A DNA stretch of 64,000 nucleotides, taken from Bacilli bacterium (GTDB lineage: Bacteria > Bacillota_I > Bacilli_A > RF39 > UBA660). Positions 41,400 through 51,079 of this stretch are shown here, piece by piece. Where the stretch lies: assembly GCA_017542065.1 (NCBI GenBank), contig JAFXXX010000008.1, positions 14,444-78,443 of the forward strand, in the 5' to 3' direction. Made by a program: the position numbers and the translations under genes. Under the pieces are notes generated by a model. It had not been told where the DNA came from. It searched no databases and saw nothing but the letters and a program-made list of their open reading frames with translations. How positions within the stretch are numbered: position 1 is the stretch's first letter; each line of letters starts with the position of its first letter.

Positions 41400-41921
41400 T
41401 TATTTATTTGGTGAAATCATTACGTACATAGATCTAAATTCCATAGTAGGTTCATTAGTCTTAGTACCATAATCTTTCACAGCTTCAATAAATCTTTCAA
41501 GTACGTCTTTACCAAGTTCTGGGTGAGCCATTTCTCTACCTTTAAATCTAACAACTGCTTTAATCTTATGTCCTTTTTCTAAGAACTTAACAGTTTGATT
41601 AACTCTTGTATTGAAATCATGAATATCAATCTTAACTGATAATCTAATTTCTTTTGTTTCAGCTGATGTACTCTTTTGTTTCTTTAAAGCTTCTTTTTGT
41701 TTTTTATTTCTTTCATATTTAAACTTATTGTAATCCATAAGTTTACATACTGGTTTATCACTATTTCCATTCATTTGAACTAGATCAAATCCAGCAGCAT
41801 TAGCTAGTGTAAGAGCATCTTGTAAACTTTTAACTCCAAGTTGTTCCCCACCAGGTCCGATAACCATAACTTCTTTTGCAGTTATCTTATCATTGATTAA
41901 TAAATCATCATTCTTTGCTAT
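41400..41921 (-). CDS. infC: Translation initiation factor IF-3, with a proposed non-AUG (ATA) start
   Basis: (I)AKNDDLLINDKITAKEVMVIGPGGEQLGV... is typical IF-3. GGAGGTG (41935-41929) lies 7 nt upstream of ATA 41921. That start gives 173 aa. The track ATG 41954 lies inside the leader terminator hairpin. Confidence 0.8.
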   Translation of the reverse strand: MAKNDDLLINDKITAKEVMVIGPGGEQLGVKSLQDALTLANAAGFDLVQMNGNSDKPVCKLMDYNKFKYERNKKQKEALKKQKSTSAETKEIRLSVKIDIHDFNTRVNQTVKFLEKGHKIKAVVRFKGREMAHPELGKDVLERFIEAVKDYGTKTNEPTMEFRSMYVMISPNK

Positions 41922-41938
41922 GACAAAGCACCTCCAAT

Positions 41939-41965
41939 AAAAAAGTAGATACATCTGTATCTACC
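41939..41965 (-). terminator. Leader attenuator hairpin upstream of infC (L20-leader-like)
   Basis: Minus strand GTAGATAC-AGAT-GTATCTAC followed by TTTTTTATT, immediately before the infC SD. Confidence 0.6.
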
Positions 41966-42066
41966 TAAAAAGCGCTTAATTAATATATTAATGGCCTTTT
42001 ACCTATCGCTACAATGCAATCAGGTGAGATACAAATCTTCTTTCCTTTTTTCAAAACTACGTGAAT

Positions 42067-42095
42067 ATTATATATTAATTATATATATTTGTAAA
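42067..42095 (-). promoter_or_regulatory. Sigma-A promoter of the infC-rpmI-rplT operon
   Basis: Minus strand TTTACA (42095-42090), 17 nt, TATAAT (42072-42067). It gives a leader of roughly 140 nt. Confidence 0.6.
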
Positions 42096-42103
42096 GACTT
42101 TTT

Positions 42104-42811
42104 TTACTTTTTTCTTACATACGATAAAAGTCTAAATATTTCTAAAACTGATGAAAGTAAACCAGCAATATAAGTGAAACCTGCTGCATATAGCATTTTT
42201 CTAACACCAGGAGTTTCATCTTCACTGATTAAACCTAATCTAAGCAATTCTTTTCTACCTCTTCTAGATGCATCAAATTCTACTGGAATAGTAACTAATT
42301 GGAAGAATATAGCAAAGAACATAAGTGCTACTCCAATATATACTAAACCTGTAATAGATGCAAAGAATCCAATAGTTAAAGATATATAACCTATTGTATT
42401 TCCAATACTAGCTACTTTAGCAAGACCATTTCTTATTTTTATTGGTCCATACCCTTCTTTATATTGAATAGCATGTCCACATTCATGAGCAGCCACTGCA
42501 ATAGCAGCTATAGTCTTTTCTCCATAAACTGTATTAGATAATCTAATTTCTTTAGTACTATTATTATAGTAGTCAGTAAGAGATCCACCTACTTGTCCTA
42601 CTTTAATATCACTTAACCCATTACTAGATAGAATTTGCATCGCTACATCATATCCGGTAACACCTTTATCATTCTCTATAGCAGAGTACTTTCTATTAAC
42701 TAATCTTAGAATAATACTTGCAAGAGCAGTAATAGCTAATGCTATATAAAAGCATAGCATTCCAGTACTATTGTAAACTAACCCTGAATAATAAGAACTT
42801 TCTACTCCCAT
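42104..42811 (-). CDS. Membrane zinc metallopeptidase, YugP / Zn_peptidase_2 family
   Basis: AVAAHECGHAIQ (HExxH) with hydrophobic segments at the N- and C-termini. Overlaps the cysS stop by 10 nt. Confidence 0.8.
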   Translation of the reverse strand: MGVESSYYSGLVYNSTGMLCFYIALAITALASIILRLVNRKYSAIENDKGVTGYDVAMQILSSNGLSDIKVGQVGGSLTDYYNNSTKEIRLSNTVYGEKTIAAIAVAAHECGHAIQYKEGYGPIKIRNGLAKVASIGNTIGYISLTIGFFASITGLVYIGVALMFFAIFFQLVTIPVEFDASRRGRKELLRLGLISEDETPGVRKMLYAAGFTYIAGLLSSVLEIFRLLSYVRKK

Positions 42812-44193
42812 ATTATTATAGTCCCTTCTCTAGTATCTTTAATTGTTACTCCAAGAGATTCTATTTCTCCTCTAATTCTATCTGCATTTTCATAATCTTT
42901 ATTAGCTTTATAATTATTTCTTTCTTCAATAAGTTTATTAACTTTTTCTTCTAATTCTTTATCTACTTCTACCTTTTTAATTAAATCTAAAGATAATACT
43001 TTATCAAAAGATTCAACTAATTTTAATTTAGTAGAATTAGATATTTCAGTATCTTTTAATACATCATATAAAACTGTTAATGCATTAGCAGTATTTAAAT
43101 CATTGCTAATAGCTTCTTTAAACTTATCATTATATTTATTAAAATCATCTTCACTATAGTTATTATCATCAACTATATTACTAATTCTAGTTTTTAATTT
43201 ATTATAAGTATCTTCATTTTGATCTAATGCATCATATGTAAATACTAATTGTTTTCTATAATGAGAATTTAAACACATAAATCTATAACTAAGTGGATTA
43301 TATCCTTTACTCTTTAATAAATCTAAAGTTAAGAATTCACCATTAGATTTACTCATCTTACCAGATTCATCATTTAAGTGTTCACCATGTACCCAATAGT
43401 TACACCATTTATGTCCTAAATAGCTTTCTGATTGAGCAATCTCATTAGTATGATGTGGAAATATATTATCTACTCCACCACAGTGAATATCTAGATATTC
43501 TCCTAAATTTTGAATACTTATACCAGAACATTCAATATGCCATCCTGGATATCCATATCCCCATGGAGATTCCCATTTTAATTCTTGGTCTTCAAATTTA
43601 GATTTAGTAAACCATAAAACAAAGTCTGCTTGGTTTCTCTTAGAAGAATCTTCTTCTACACCCTCTCTAACTCCTACTACCATTTCATCTTCTTTATGAT
43701 TAGTTAATTTATAATAATCATCTAATTTAGATGTATCAAAATATACATTCCCACCAGATATATATGCATAACCATCATCTAATAATTTTTGAATCATTTT
43801 AAAATAGAATTCAATATTATCAGTAGCTTTAGATACTATTTCAGGCCATTTTATATTTAAACTATTTGTATCATTTTTAAAACATTTTGTATAATAATCC
43901 GCTATTTCTAAAACAGTTTTATGTTCTCTTTTAGCACCCTTAAGCATCTTATCTTCACCAGAATCAGAATCAGATGTTAAATGACCAACGTCAGTTATAT
44001 TCATACATCTTTTAACATTGTATCCAACATAGTTTAATGTTTTTTCAAATATATCTTCAAATATATAAGTTCTAAGATTTCCAATATGTGCATAATGATA
44101 TACTGTAGGTCCACATGTATACATAGTTACATTATTACCATTATATGGAATAAAATCTTCGACTTTTCTAGTTAATGTATTATATATTTTCAT
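42802..44193 (-). CDS. cysS: Cysteine--tRNA ligase
   Basis: MKIYNTLTRKVEDF, CGPTVYHYAHIGNLR (HIGH) and KMSKS. The start is set at ATG 44193 (GAAGGTGA, 5 nt, ATG) instead of the track start 44223. Confidence 0.95.
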   Translation of the reverse strand: MKIYNTLTRKVEDFIPYNGNNVTMYTCGPTVYHYAHIGNLRTYIFEDIFEKTLNYVGYNVKRCMNITDVGHLTSDSDSGEDKMLKGAKREHKTVLEIADYYTKCFKNDTNSLNIKWPEIVSKATDNIEFYFKMIQKLLDDGYAYISGGNVYFDTSKLDDYYKLTNHKEDEMVVGVREGVEEDSSKRNQADFVLWFTKSKFEDQELKWESPWGYGYPGWHIECSGISIQNLGEYLDIHCGGVDNIFPHHTNEIAQSESYLGHKWCNYWVHGEHLNDESGKMSKSNGEFLTLDLLKSKGYNPLSYRFMCLNSHYRKQLVFTYDALDQNEDTYNKLKTRISNIVDDNNYSEDDFNKYNDKFKEAISNDLNTANALTVLYDVLKDTEISNSTKLKLVESFDKVLSLDLIKKVEVDKELEEKVNKLIEERNNYKANKDYENADRIRGEIESLGVTIKDTREGTIIIWE

Positions 44194-44231
44194 TTGAATC
44201 ACCTTCTTTAATAATTTTATCATATATAAAC

Positions 44232-44258
44232 AAAAAAAAGAACATATAAATGTTCTTT
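44232..44258 (-). terminator. Rho-independent terminator after the transporter gene
   Basis: Minus strand AAAGAACAT-TTAT-ATGTTCTTT followed by TTTTT. Confidence 0.7.
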
Positions 44259-44267
44259 TAAAATCTA

Positions 44268-45761
44268 TTATTTCTTAGATTTTTTAGTTTCTTTCTTTTC
44301 TTCTTCTTTAACTTCTTTTTTTGCTTCTTTGATTAATCTTTTATTATGATCTAATAATGCAAGAATTACTAAACCAATAATTAAAATTGAAACAATAATT
44401 GCAAATAATCCAAATCCTTTAGTAGCAATTGATAAAATTACAAGAGCAACTAATAATGCGATTATGAAGAATTTCCAAATATACTTCATCCAATCTTTGT
44501 AAGATACATCTGTAAATCTTAAAGCGAAGAATACAAGTATACTTGTTGGTGAAACTAATAAAACTAAACTATAAATAGCTTGGAATATAATAGCTAAAGA
44601 AGCTTCATATCCAGTAGCTGAAGTAGTATAACTAACTCCTGATAATGCAAATTGTGATGCATATGAATAGTCAGGATAGAATATACCTGTTACACCAGAT
44701 ATAACTGATGAAGTAAATAGATTAATCTTTTCACTAAATGCAGTTACAAATGTATAGTAAACTCCAGAAGTATATAGGTTAATAAATACTATACCAGCTA
44801 GTAATAGAATTACTATATATGGAACAGCTTTTCTAAATCCAATTCCAAATGCATTAATAACTTCATTAAATTTAACTCTATAAATAATAGCAATTACTAT
44901 TGTAACAACAACTAATAATAAAGCTAAGTTGTGAAGATCAAATGCACCAAATTCAACTATTTCACTTCCAACGATTGCGTTGAAAATAGAAACTTTAGCA
45001 ACTTCTGCTCCTTTAAGCATTTCTAAGAACTTACTAAATCCATCGAATCCAAAATATTCACCCCAAGGAACAAATCCAAGAACAACTAATACTAGAAGAA
45101 CGCCCATTATAATTTTTAATGGTAATGTTTTTGAAACGTTTTCTTTACTAAGATCAACCTTTTCTGGTTTCTTATTAAATACTAAAATAAATGCAAGTAA
45201 TGCAAGTAATAAAACTAGTGTTAACACTATTTTATATAGTAAATTATCAGTAACAGTTAAACTTAGTATTTGGTTATTATAATATGTATGTAATGATCCT
45301 GCAAAACCAATAATAGTAGCACCAACAGTAGAAGCAACAGCTGCTCCTTTACCATAACCTAACTTTCTGATTACAGAAATAAAGAATGGTAGTATAAATA
45401 GTGCAACATATAATTGACCAGTAATAGCTGATAATAATCCAAGAATAAATACTACAAGTGCTACAAATAAAGTTTTTCTCTTAGAAAACTTCTTAGCAAC
45501 TGAAGCAACTAATCCGTCATATTTTTCAGTCTTATCTAATATTGCATAGAAAAATCCAATAGATAAAATATATACTATAGTTGTAACAAATACACTTAAT
45601 GATGTTAAACCATTAAAGAAAGTATCAGTTAATGCAACTGGCATAATTGTATCTTTTGAAACTTGTCCATAACTAATAATAGTACCTGGAACAAAATAAC
45701 TAATAATAACTGTAAATAATATTACAATTCCTAAAATTTTAAATAAATTATATTTTTTCAT
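44268..45761 (-). CDS. Polytopic membrane transporter, family uncertain (YfcC/DcuC-like by topology only)
   Basis: About 12 hydrophobic segments, a K/E-rich C-terminal tail and a strong SD (GGAGGAGATAATT-ATG). Confidence 0.5.
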   Translation of the reverse strand: MKKYNLFKILGIVILFTVIISYFVPGTIISYGQVSKDTIMPVALTDTFFNGLTSLSVFVTTIVYILSIGFFYAILDKTEKYDGLVASVAKKFSKRKTLFVALVVFILGLLSAITGQLYVALFILPFFISVIRKLGYGKGAAVASTVGATIIGFAGSLHTYYNNQILSLTVTDNLLYKIVLTLVLLLALLAFILVFNKKPEKVDLSKENVSKTLPLKIIMGVLLVLVVLGFVPWGEYFGFDGFSKFLEMLKGAEVAKVSIFNAIVGSEIVEFGAFDLHNLALLLVVVTIVIAIIYRVKFNEVINAFGIGFRKAVPYIVILLLAGIVFINLYTSGVYYTFVTAFSEKINLFTSSVISGVTGIFYPDYSYASQFALSGVSYTTSATGYEASLAIIFQAIYSLVLLVSPTSILVFFALRFTDVSYKDWMKYIWKFFIIALLVALVILSIATKGFGLFAIIVSILIIGLVILALLDHNKRLIKEAKKEVKEEEKKETKKSKK

Positions 45762-45832
45762 AATTATCTCCTCCTATTTTATGAACTCTAGTATTACTTT
45801 CTTAGTTATTCACCTTTATCCTCCTATTAGAA

Positions 45833-45841
45833 ATTATAACA
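45833..45841 (-). promoter_or_regulatory. Extended -10 promoter (TGTTATAAT) for the transporter gene
   Basis: Minus strand TTTTTTAATAGTGTTATAAT after the terminator. It leaves a ~75-nt 5' UTR. Confidence 0.5.
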
Positions 45842-45852
45842 CTATTAAAAAA

Positions 45853-45883
45853 TAAAAAAAAGTAATTTTTAAAAATTACTTTC
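45853..45883 (-). terminator. Rho-independent terminator after the PrcB-like gene
   Basis: Palindrome AAAGTAATTTTT/AAAAATTACTTT followed by TTTTT on the minus strand. Confidence 0.6.
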
Positions 45884-45891
45884 TTATATTA

Positions 45892-46314
45892 TTACTTACA
45901 TATATAGTTTTCTGTATTTCTTATAACTTTATAATTTGGTTTCTTATTAAATTTAACAACTAAATATGGATAAGTAAATGCATCTGTAACTGTACAAGTT
46001 TCACCTGGATGTCTTTCTTTAACAGTTATAGTTACATCTAATCCATCTACTTTTATATCTTGTAATTCTATATAATATCCACCTGTACTATATTTACCCA
46101 TTTTAATAAATAGATAATAGTTGCCTTTATACTCTACTAGTTCTTCTCCAGATTTTTCTTTATTACATGTAACTTTATTACTAACCATTTCCATTTTTAT
46201 TGTATATTTAATATCTTCAACTTCTTTATTATTATTAATAATAAAATAAATGCCTACTCCTATACCTGCTAATAATAAAACCATAACAAAACCTATAATA
46301 ATCTTTTTCTTCAT
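45892..46314 (-). CDS. N-terminally anchored small protein, PrcB-C-terminal-domain-like
   Basis: TM segment IIIGFVMVLLLAGIGVGIYFII, then GKYSTGGYYIELQDIKVDGLDVTITVKERHPGETCTVTDAFTYPYLVVKF. The start was moved from GTG 46323 (inside the SD) to ATG 46314. Confidence 0.55.
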   Translation of the reverse strand: MKKKIIIGFVMVLLLAGIGVGIYFIINNNKEVEDIKYTIKMEMVSNKVTCNKEKSGEELVEYKGNYYLFIKMGKYSTGGYYIELQDIKVDGLDVTITVKERHPGETCTVTDAFTYPYLVVKFNKKPNYKVIRNTENYICK

Positions 46315-46334
46315 GAATTTCACCTACCATAAAA

Positions 46335-46343
46335 ATTATAACA
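46335..46343 (-). promoter_or_regulatory. Extended -10 promoter (TGTTATAAT) for the PrcB-like gene
   Basis: Minus strand ACTTTTTTTATGTTATAAT after the lysS terminator. Confidence 0.5.
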
Positions 46344-46344
46344 T

Positions 46345-46373
46345 AAAAAAAGTAATTCAATGAATTACTTTTT
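46345..46373 (-). terminator. Rho-independent terminator after lysS
   Basis: Minus strand AAAAGTAATTC-ATT-GAATTACTTTT followed by TTT. Confidence 0.65.
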
Positions 46374-47832
46374 ATTTATTATTTGGTCTCATCATTGGGA
46401 ATAATACTACATCTCTAACACTAGCAGCATTATATAGTAGCATCATTAATCTATCTATTCCAACACCAAGTCCACTTATTGGAGGCATACCTTGTTCCAT
46501 AGCTAATAAATAATCTTCATCAAGGTCCATAGTTTCATCATCACCTTGAGCTTTAGCTTTTAATTGGTCTTCAAAGTTTGCTCTTTGAACTTCTGGATTA
46601 ACTAACTCTGAATATGCATTACAAATTTCTGCACCTGCAATTATAACTTGGAATACATCAACGACTTTATCATCTTCATCATTTCTTCTAGCAAGTGGTT
46701 TTAATACAGCTGGATAATTCCACATAATAGTTGGTTCAAATATATTTGCTCTAACTAATCTCTTATAACAAAAATCTATTAATTGAGCTAATGAATTACA
46801 TTCTTCTAAATCAGCTTTAGTAAATTTACCAGATTCAATAATCTTAGTTCTAAGTTCTTCTGGATCTTCTATATTAATAAAGTCAAATCCAAGTTCTTTA
46901 GTTAAAGCTTCAACATAGTTAACTCTATTCCATTCTTTACCTAAATCTATAGTTCTGTCTCCTACTGTAACTTCAGTAGTTCCTTTTAAGAACATAGCAG
47001 TACTTCTCATGAAGTCTTGGAAGAATTTAATATTATCTTCAAAATTCCAATAACAAGCATACCATTCAATTTGAGTAAATTCTTGTAAATGTTGAGGATC
47101 CATTCCTTCATTTCTAAAACATTTAGCAACTTCATATACTCTTTCAAATCCTGCAGCATTACATTCCTTTAAATAACACTCTGGTGCTATTCTTAAATTA
47201 CAATCAATATCCAATGCATTATGATGTGTAAAAAATGGTTTAGCAGAAGCTCCAGAAACAGCAGTTTGAACTATTGGAGTTTCAACTTCTAAGAATCCAT
47301 TTTCTGCCATGAATTTTCTAAGGAAATAATAGAACTTACTTCTACCTAAGAATAATTCTCTAGAATCTTCATTCATAATTAAATCTACATATCTTTCACG
47401 ATACTTAGTTTCAGTATCTTGAAGTCCATGGAATTTTTCAGGAAGAGGTCTAAGTGCTTTACCTAAGAATGTGAAATCATGTACTTCTAATGATTTTTCA
47501 CCAGTTTGAGTAGTAATTATTTCACCCTTAGCTCCTATAAAATCTCCTGAATCAAATATCTTTTTGAATTCTTCGTATTTTTCTTCTCCTAATACATCTT
47601 GTCTAATTTGTAATTGAATATTAGCTTCTATATTTTTTATTTTAACGAAAGATAATTTACCCATCTTTCTCATGAAACCTATTCTACCTGCTATAGAAAC
47701 ATCTTTAGTTCCATCAGCTAGTTCTCTAGCTTCTTTAATTGTATGAGTAGTTTCATATTTATCTGGATAAGGTCTTTCTACTAATTTTAATTTTTCTCTT
47801 CTAACAATCTCTTGTTCAGATAATTCTCTCAT
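46372..47832 (-). CDS. lysS: Lysine--tRNA ligase, class II
   Basis: OB-fold N-terminal domain, FRNEGMD motif 2 region and a C-terminal GLGVGIDRL motif 3 region. Size is 486 aa. Confidence 0.95.
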   Translation of the reverse strand: MRELSEQEIVRREKLKLVERPYPDKYETTHTIKEARELADGTKDVSIAGRIGFMRKMGKLSFVKIKNIEANIQLQIRQDVLGEEKYEEFKKIFDSGDFIGAKGEIITTQTGEKSLEVHDFTFLGKALRPLPEKFHGLQDTETKYRERYVDLIMNEDSRELFLGRSKFYYFLRKFMAENGFLEVETPIVQTAVSGASAKPFFTHHNALDIDCNLRIAPECYLKECNAAGFERVYEVAKCFRNEGMDPQHLQEFTQIEWYACYWNFEDNIKFFQDFMRSTAMFLKGTTEVTVGDRTIDLGKEWNRVNYVEALTKELGFDFINIEDPEELRTKIIESGKFTKADLEECNSLAQLIDFCYKRLVRANIFEPTIMWNYPAVLKPLARRNDEDDKVVDVFQVIIAGAEICNAYSELVNPEVQRANFEDQLKAKAQGDDETMDLDEDYLLAMEQGMPPISGLGVGIDRLMMLLYNAASVRDVVLFPMMRPNNK

Positions 47833-47856
47833 TTTTCCACCTCTTTAATAAGTAAA

Positions 47857-48831
47857 TTATATCATACTTTCCTTATAATTTATTATTATTTTTTTAAGTT
47901 CTTCACTTGATTTACTTTGAAATATAGCATTTTTTACAGGTGCAGAACCTTTCATACCTTTTAAATACCATGCAGCATGTGTTCTCATTTGTAAAATAGC
48001 TTGACCTTCAGGTTTTATTTCAAGTAAATAATCTAAATGTTTAAGACATAAATCTAGTTTTTCAGTATCAGAAATGCTTTCTAATTTTTCTCCTGTTTTA
48101 TAGTAATAATTTAGTTCTTTAAATATAAATGGATTACCTAAGGCTCCTCTACCTATCATAACAGCATCACATCCAGTTTCTTCTTGCATTCTAATTGCAT
48201 CATCAACTGTCTTTATATCACCATTACCAATAACAGGAATATTTACTGCTTCTTTAACTTGTTTAATTATTGACCAATCAGCAAGTCCCTCATATCCTTG
48301 AGATCTAGTTCTTGGATGAACAGTTATTGCAGATGCTCCTGCTTCTTCTATTATCTTAGCAACTTCTACTGCATTAATAGAATTCTTATCCCATCCACTT
48401 CTAATCTTAACTGTAATAGGACAAGGAACAGCTTCAACAACAGCGCTTACTATTTCTTTAATCTTTTCAGGATTCTTAAGTAAAGCAGAACCAGCTTGAG
48501 CTCTAACAGCTACCTTTGGAACAGGACAACCCATATTTATATCTATAATATCTGGTTTCATTATTTCATATACTTTTTTAGCAGCTATAACAAAACTTTC
48601 TTTATCAGATCCAAATATTTGTTGTGCAATAGGTCTTTCTTCTTCACTCATTTTAAGCATAGAGAAAGTTTTCTTATCTTCATACATAATAGCTTTATCA
48701 GAAACCATTTCTGCAAATACTATACCTGCACCTAGTTCCCTACACATTCGTCTAAACGCACTATCACATATACCTGCCATTGGAGCTAAACAAATATTAT
48801 TTTCAATTGTTACATTTCCAATCTTAAACAT
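47857..48831 (-). CDS. dusB: tRNA-dihydrouridine synthase
   Basis: [22 protein letters not shown] and DINMGCPV. The start was moved from GTG 48840 (inside the SD GGTGA) to ATG 48831. dusB-lysS synteny matches other Firmicutes. Confidence 0.9.
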   Translation of the reverse strand: MFKIGNVTIENNICLAPMAGICDSAFRRMCRELGAGIVFAEMVSDKAIMYEDKKTFSMLKMSEEERPIAQQIFGSDKESFVIAAKKVYEIMKPDIIDINMGCPVPKVAVRAQAGSALLKNPEKIKEIVSAVVEAVPCPITVKIRSGWDKNSINAVEVAKIIEEAGASAITVHPRTRSQGYEGLADWSIIKQVKEAVNIPVIGNGDIKTVDDAIRMQEETGCDAVMIGRGALGNPFIFKELNYYYKTGEKLESISDTEKLDLCLKHLDYLLEIKPEGQAILQMRTHAAWYLKGMKGSAPVKNAIFQSKSSEELKKIIINYKESMI

Positions 48832-48853
48832 TTCTTTCACCGGTAATATAATA

Positions 48854-49348
48854 CTATTTTTCTATGCAAATTACAACTAATCTTTTTTGAGTATCATCTG
48901 TACATGTAATTAGTGTTAATCTATTCTCATCATTAAATATAGAACTATCAGATACATCCACTATTCTTTTTTCATTAACTATATATCTAAAATCATGTCT
49001 AAAGTCACTAATAATTATTTCATCTCCTACCCTTATTGAATATAGTTTATGAAAAACATATCTATTATTATGACCAGATAATATTATATTTTTACCCTCT
49101 CCTATACTAGAAGATAACTTGTGCATAGACACATAATTTTCATCTATTGCTCTATCACCTTTTTTAATTAGATTCTTATAATTGTATTTAGGTATATAAA
49201 TATAACCTTCATATATAGATGTTATATTACTATCTTTAGAAAGTATAACTTCATCTACTTTCATATCTAATTTATATTTATTATAAGTTGGAATAAATAG
49301 TATAAATAATGATAAAACTAATAAAACTTTAATTATTCTTTTTAACAT
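48854..49348 (-). CDS. Small sortase (164 aa) adjacent to the adhesin gene
   Basis: N-terminal TM segment, ILSGHNN (His), LTLITCTDD (TLxTC) and KRLVV (Arg). The start overlaps the adhesin 3' end by 20 nt. Confidence 0.75.
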   Translation of the reverse strand: MLKRIIKVLLVLSLFILFIPTYNKYKLDMKVDEVILSKDSNITSIYEGYIYIPKYNYKNLIKKGDRAIDENYVSMHKLSSSIGEGKNIILSGHNNRYVFHKLYSIRVGDEIIISDFRHDFRYIVNEKRIVDVSDSSIFNDENRLTLITCTDDTQKRLVVICIEK

Positions 49349-51008
49349 ATATTAGTCCTATTACATCAAGTATAAGTATTATATATGGCCATACTTCTTT
49401 TGAAGTACTAGTCTTTGGCATAATAGTTTTATCATTATTTATAGTAAGAGATCCTATACAAAAAGTATCATTAACTTCAAACTTAACGAGTTCTGAATTC
49501 AACTTATATCCGTTTTCCACAGATGTTTCCTTAATATAATATGTTCCATAATTAAGATTTAATTTAGCAGTTCCATCTATAGTATTACCTTTATATATTA
49601 CATTCATATTATTATCATATACTTCATATGTAGTATTAATTTTATTATCTAATTCATCTGCACTAATAAATGTTACTTCACATAGTATTTTTTTATTAAC
49701 TAAATCTATCTTTTTATATACTATACTTTCCTTATTATTAATATAATCTAATGAAACATTATAAACTTTATTATCTAATTCATATCCGTATAATGTAGAT
49801 ACCTCCTTTAGAGTATATCTTCCTAAAGGTAATTCTTTTGAGTAATCATATTCATTCTTAGAGGTAATTATTTCATCAACTACATTATTATTTTCATCAT
49901 ATATTTCAAATTTAATACCCTCTAAATAATCACCATCTTCATTTGTTTTTCTAATCTCTACTCTACCTTTAGTTTTCTCATTATAGAAGTCTATTTCCTT
50001 GTTACCGGAATCAGATTCAATAGTAAACTTTAACTCGTTATTGTTTATGAAATATCCTGTACTAGCATTTATTTCTTTAATAGAATAATCTCCAGCAGGT
50101 AAAGTTAAATTAATTATTCCATCAATAAACTCATATTCTTTATCATTAATTAATACTTTATTACCTGAGTCCAATATTAACTCATTAGTATCTTTATCTC
50201 TTTTATTAATCTTTACTCTAACTCTTTCTACTTTAATAATAAACTTTCCACTTGGTATATCAGGCATTTTAAATGTTGCTAGATCCTGAGTCGGACTATC
50301 TTCTCTATCATAAACTATAGTTTTATCATAACTATTTTTTATTGGAGTTAAGTATACTTCATAAGTTCCTAGTTTATCTGGATAAAACTCTAAAGTATTA
50401 TCTACTCTTTTAAAACTCATTTCAGATGAAACATCATATAAATCTAGAACTCCATTATAGTCTGTTAAAACGTATTCTTTTCCTGTGTAAAAAGTATTAG
50501 TAGTATTATCCATTGAAGGCATTCTTCCAGATAAGGAAACCATTTTAAGTATTTCATTCTTTTCATAAGATATATCTATTTCTGGAGTAGATGTATCACT
50601 TCCTATATGCCATTTAATATCTTCATCTTTTGATAATCTCCATATTAATTCCTGAGTAGCCATATAATATCTAATAGTATTATGATTCTTAAAACCATAA
50701 CCATAATAAGCATATAATTCCATCTTTCTTTTAGCTTCCTCTGAATATCCTGAAATATTCCAATTATCATATGAATTATATCTATCAAAATTAATACTAG
50801 TTTCAGGTTGAATACAATATGCTAATTTACCATTAGCATAATTAAACTTTAATTGTCCATAGGAAAACACTTTACCATTTCTATAATGAAATGACCATAT
50901 GTTATCTACATAGTTTTTATTAATACTAGTATCTAATGAAGCTGCTTTAACTCCTTTAAAAAACATAAATATTAAAAGTATAATTATTATCTTTATTAGT
51001 CTTTTCAT
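49329..51008 (-). CDS. Surface adhesin: signal peptide, N-terminal possible thioester-type domain, 3 SpaA/Cna-B-like domains and a C-terminal sorting-like signal
   Basis: Signal peptide MKRLIKIIIILLIFMFFKGVKA. LAYCIQPE (Cys codon 50814-50816) and MATQELIW (Gln codon 50652-50654). GRVEIRKTNEDGDYLEGIKFEIYD...LPLGRYTLKEVSTLYGYEL is SpaA-like. The C-terminus is [31 protein letters not shown]. The start is set at ATG 51008 (GAGGTGG, 4 nt, ATG), replacing the track's GTG 51020. Confidence 0.75.
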   Translation of the reverse strand: MKRLIKIIIILLIFMFFKGVKAASLDTSINKNYVDNIWSFHYRNGKVFSYGQLKFNYANGKLAYCIQPETSINFDRYNSYDNWNISGYSEEAKRKMELYAYYGYGFKNHNTIRYYMATQELIWRLSKDEDIKWHIGSDTSTPEIDISYEKNEILKMVSLSGRMPSMDNTTNTFYTGKEYVLTDYNGVLDLYDVSSEMSFKRVDNTLEFYPDKLGTYEVYLTPIKNSYDKTIVYDREDSPTQDLATFKMPDIPSGKFIIKVERVRVKINKRDKDTNELILDSGNKVLINDKEYEFIDGIINLTLPAGDYSIKEINASTGYFINNNELKFTIESDSGNKEIDFYNEKTKGRVEIRKTNEDGDYLEGIKFEIYDENNNVVDEIITSKNEYDYSKELPLGRYTLKEVSTLYGYELDNKVYNVSLDYINNKESIVYKKIDLVNKKILCEVTFISADELDNKINTTYEVYDNNMNVIYKGNTIDGTAKLNLNYGTYYIKETSVENGYKLNSELVKFEVNDTFCIGSLTINNDKTIMPKTSTSKEVWPYIILILDVIGLIYVKKNN

Positions 51009-51054
51009 TTTCCACCTCACATATTATATTGACTAATAAATTAATAATTCCACT

Positions 51055-51078
51055 AAAAAAAGAAATATTTCTATTTCC
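51055..51078 (-). terminator. Weak terminator after the 274-aa gene
   Basis: Minus strand GAAATA-GAAA-TATTTC followed by TTTTTTT. Confidence 0.35.
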
Positions 51079-51079
51079 T

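Noticed and set aside
41952-41954. ATG at 41954 as the infC start (track annotation MYLLFYWRCFV...).
   Set aside because: The ATG lies in the loop and stem of the leader terminator hairpin with no SD. The added 11 residues are not IF-3-like. GGAGGTG is correctly spaced for ATA 41921.
44194-47856. T-box leaders upstream of cysS and lysS.
   Set aside because: Only ~40 nt (cysS, mostly terminator) and 24 nt (lysS) separate these genes from their upstream neighbours. That is far too short for a T-box, and no specifier or T-box sequence is visible.
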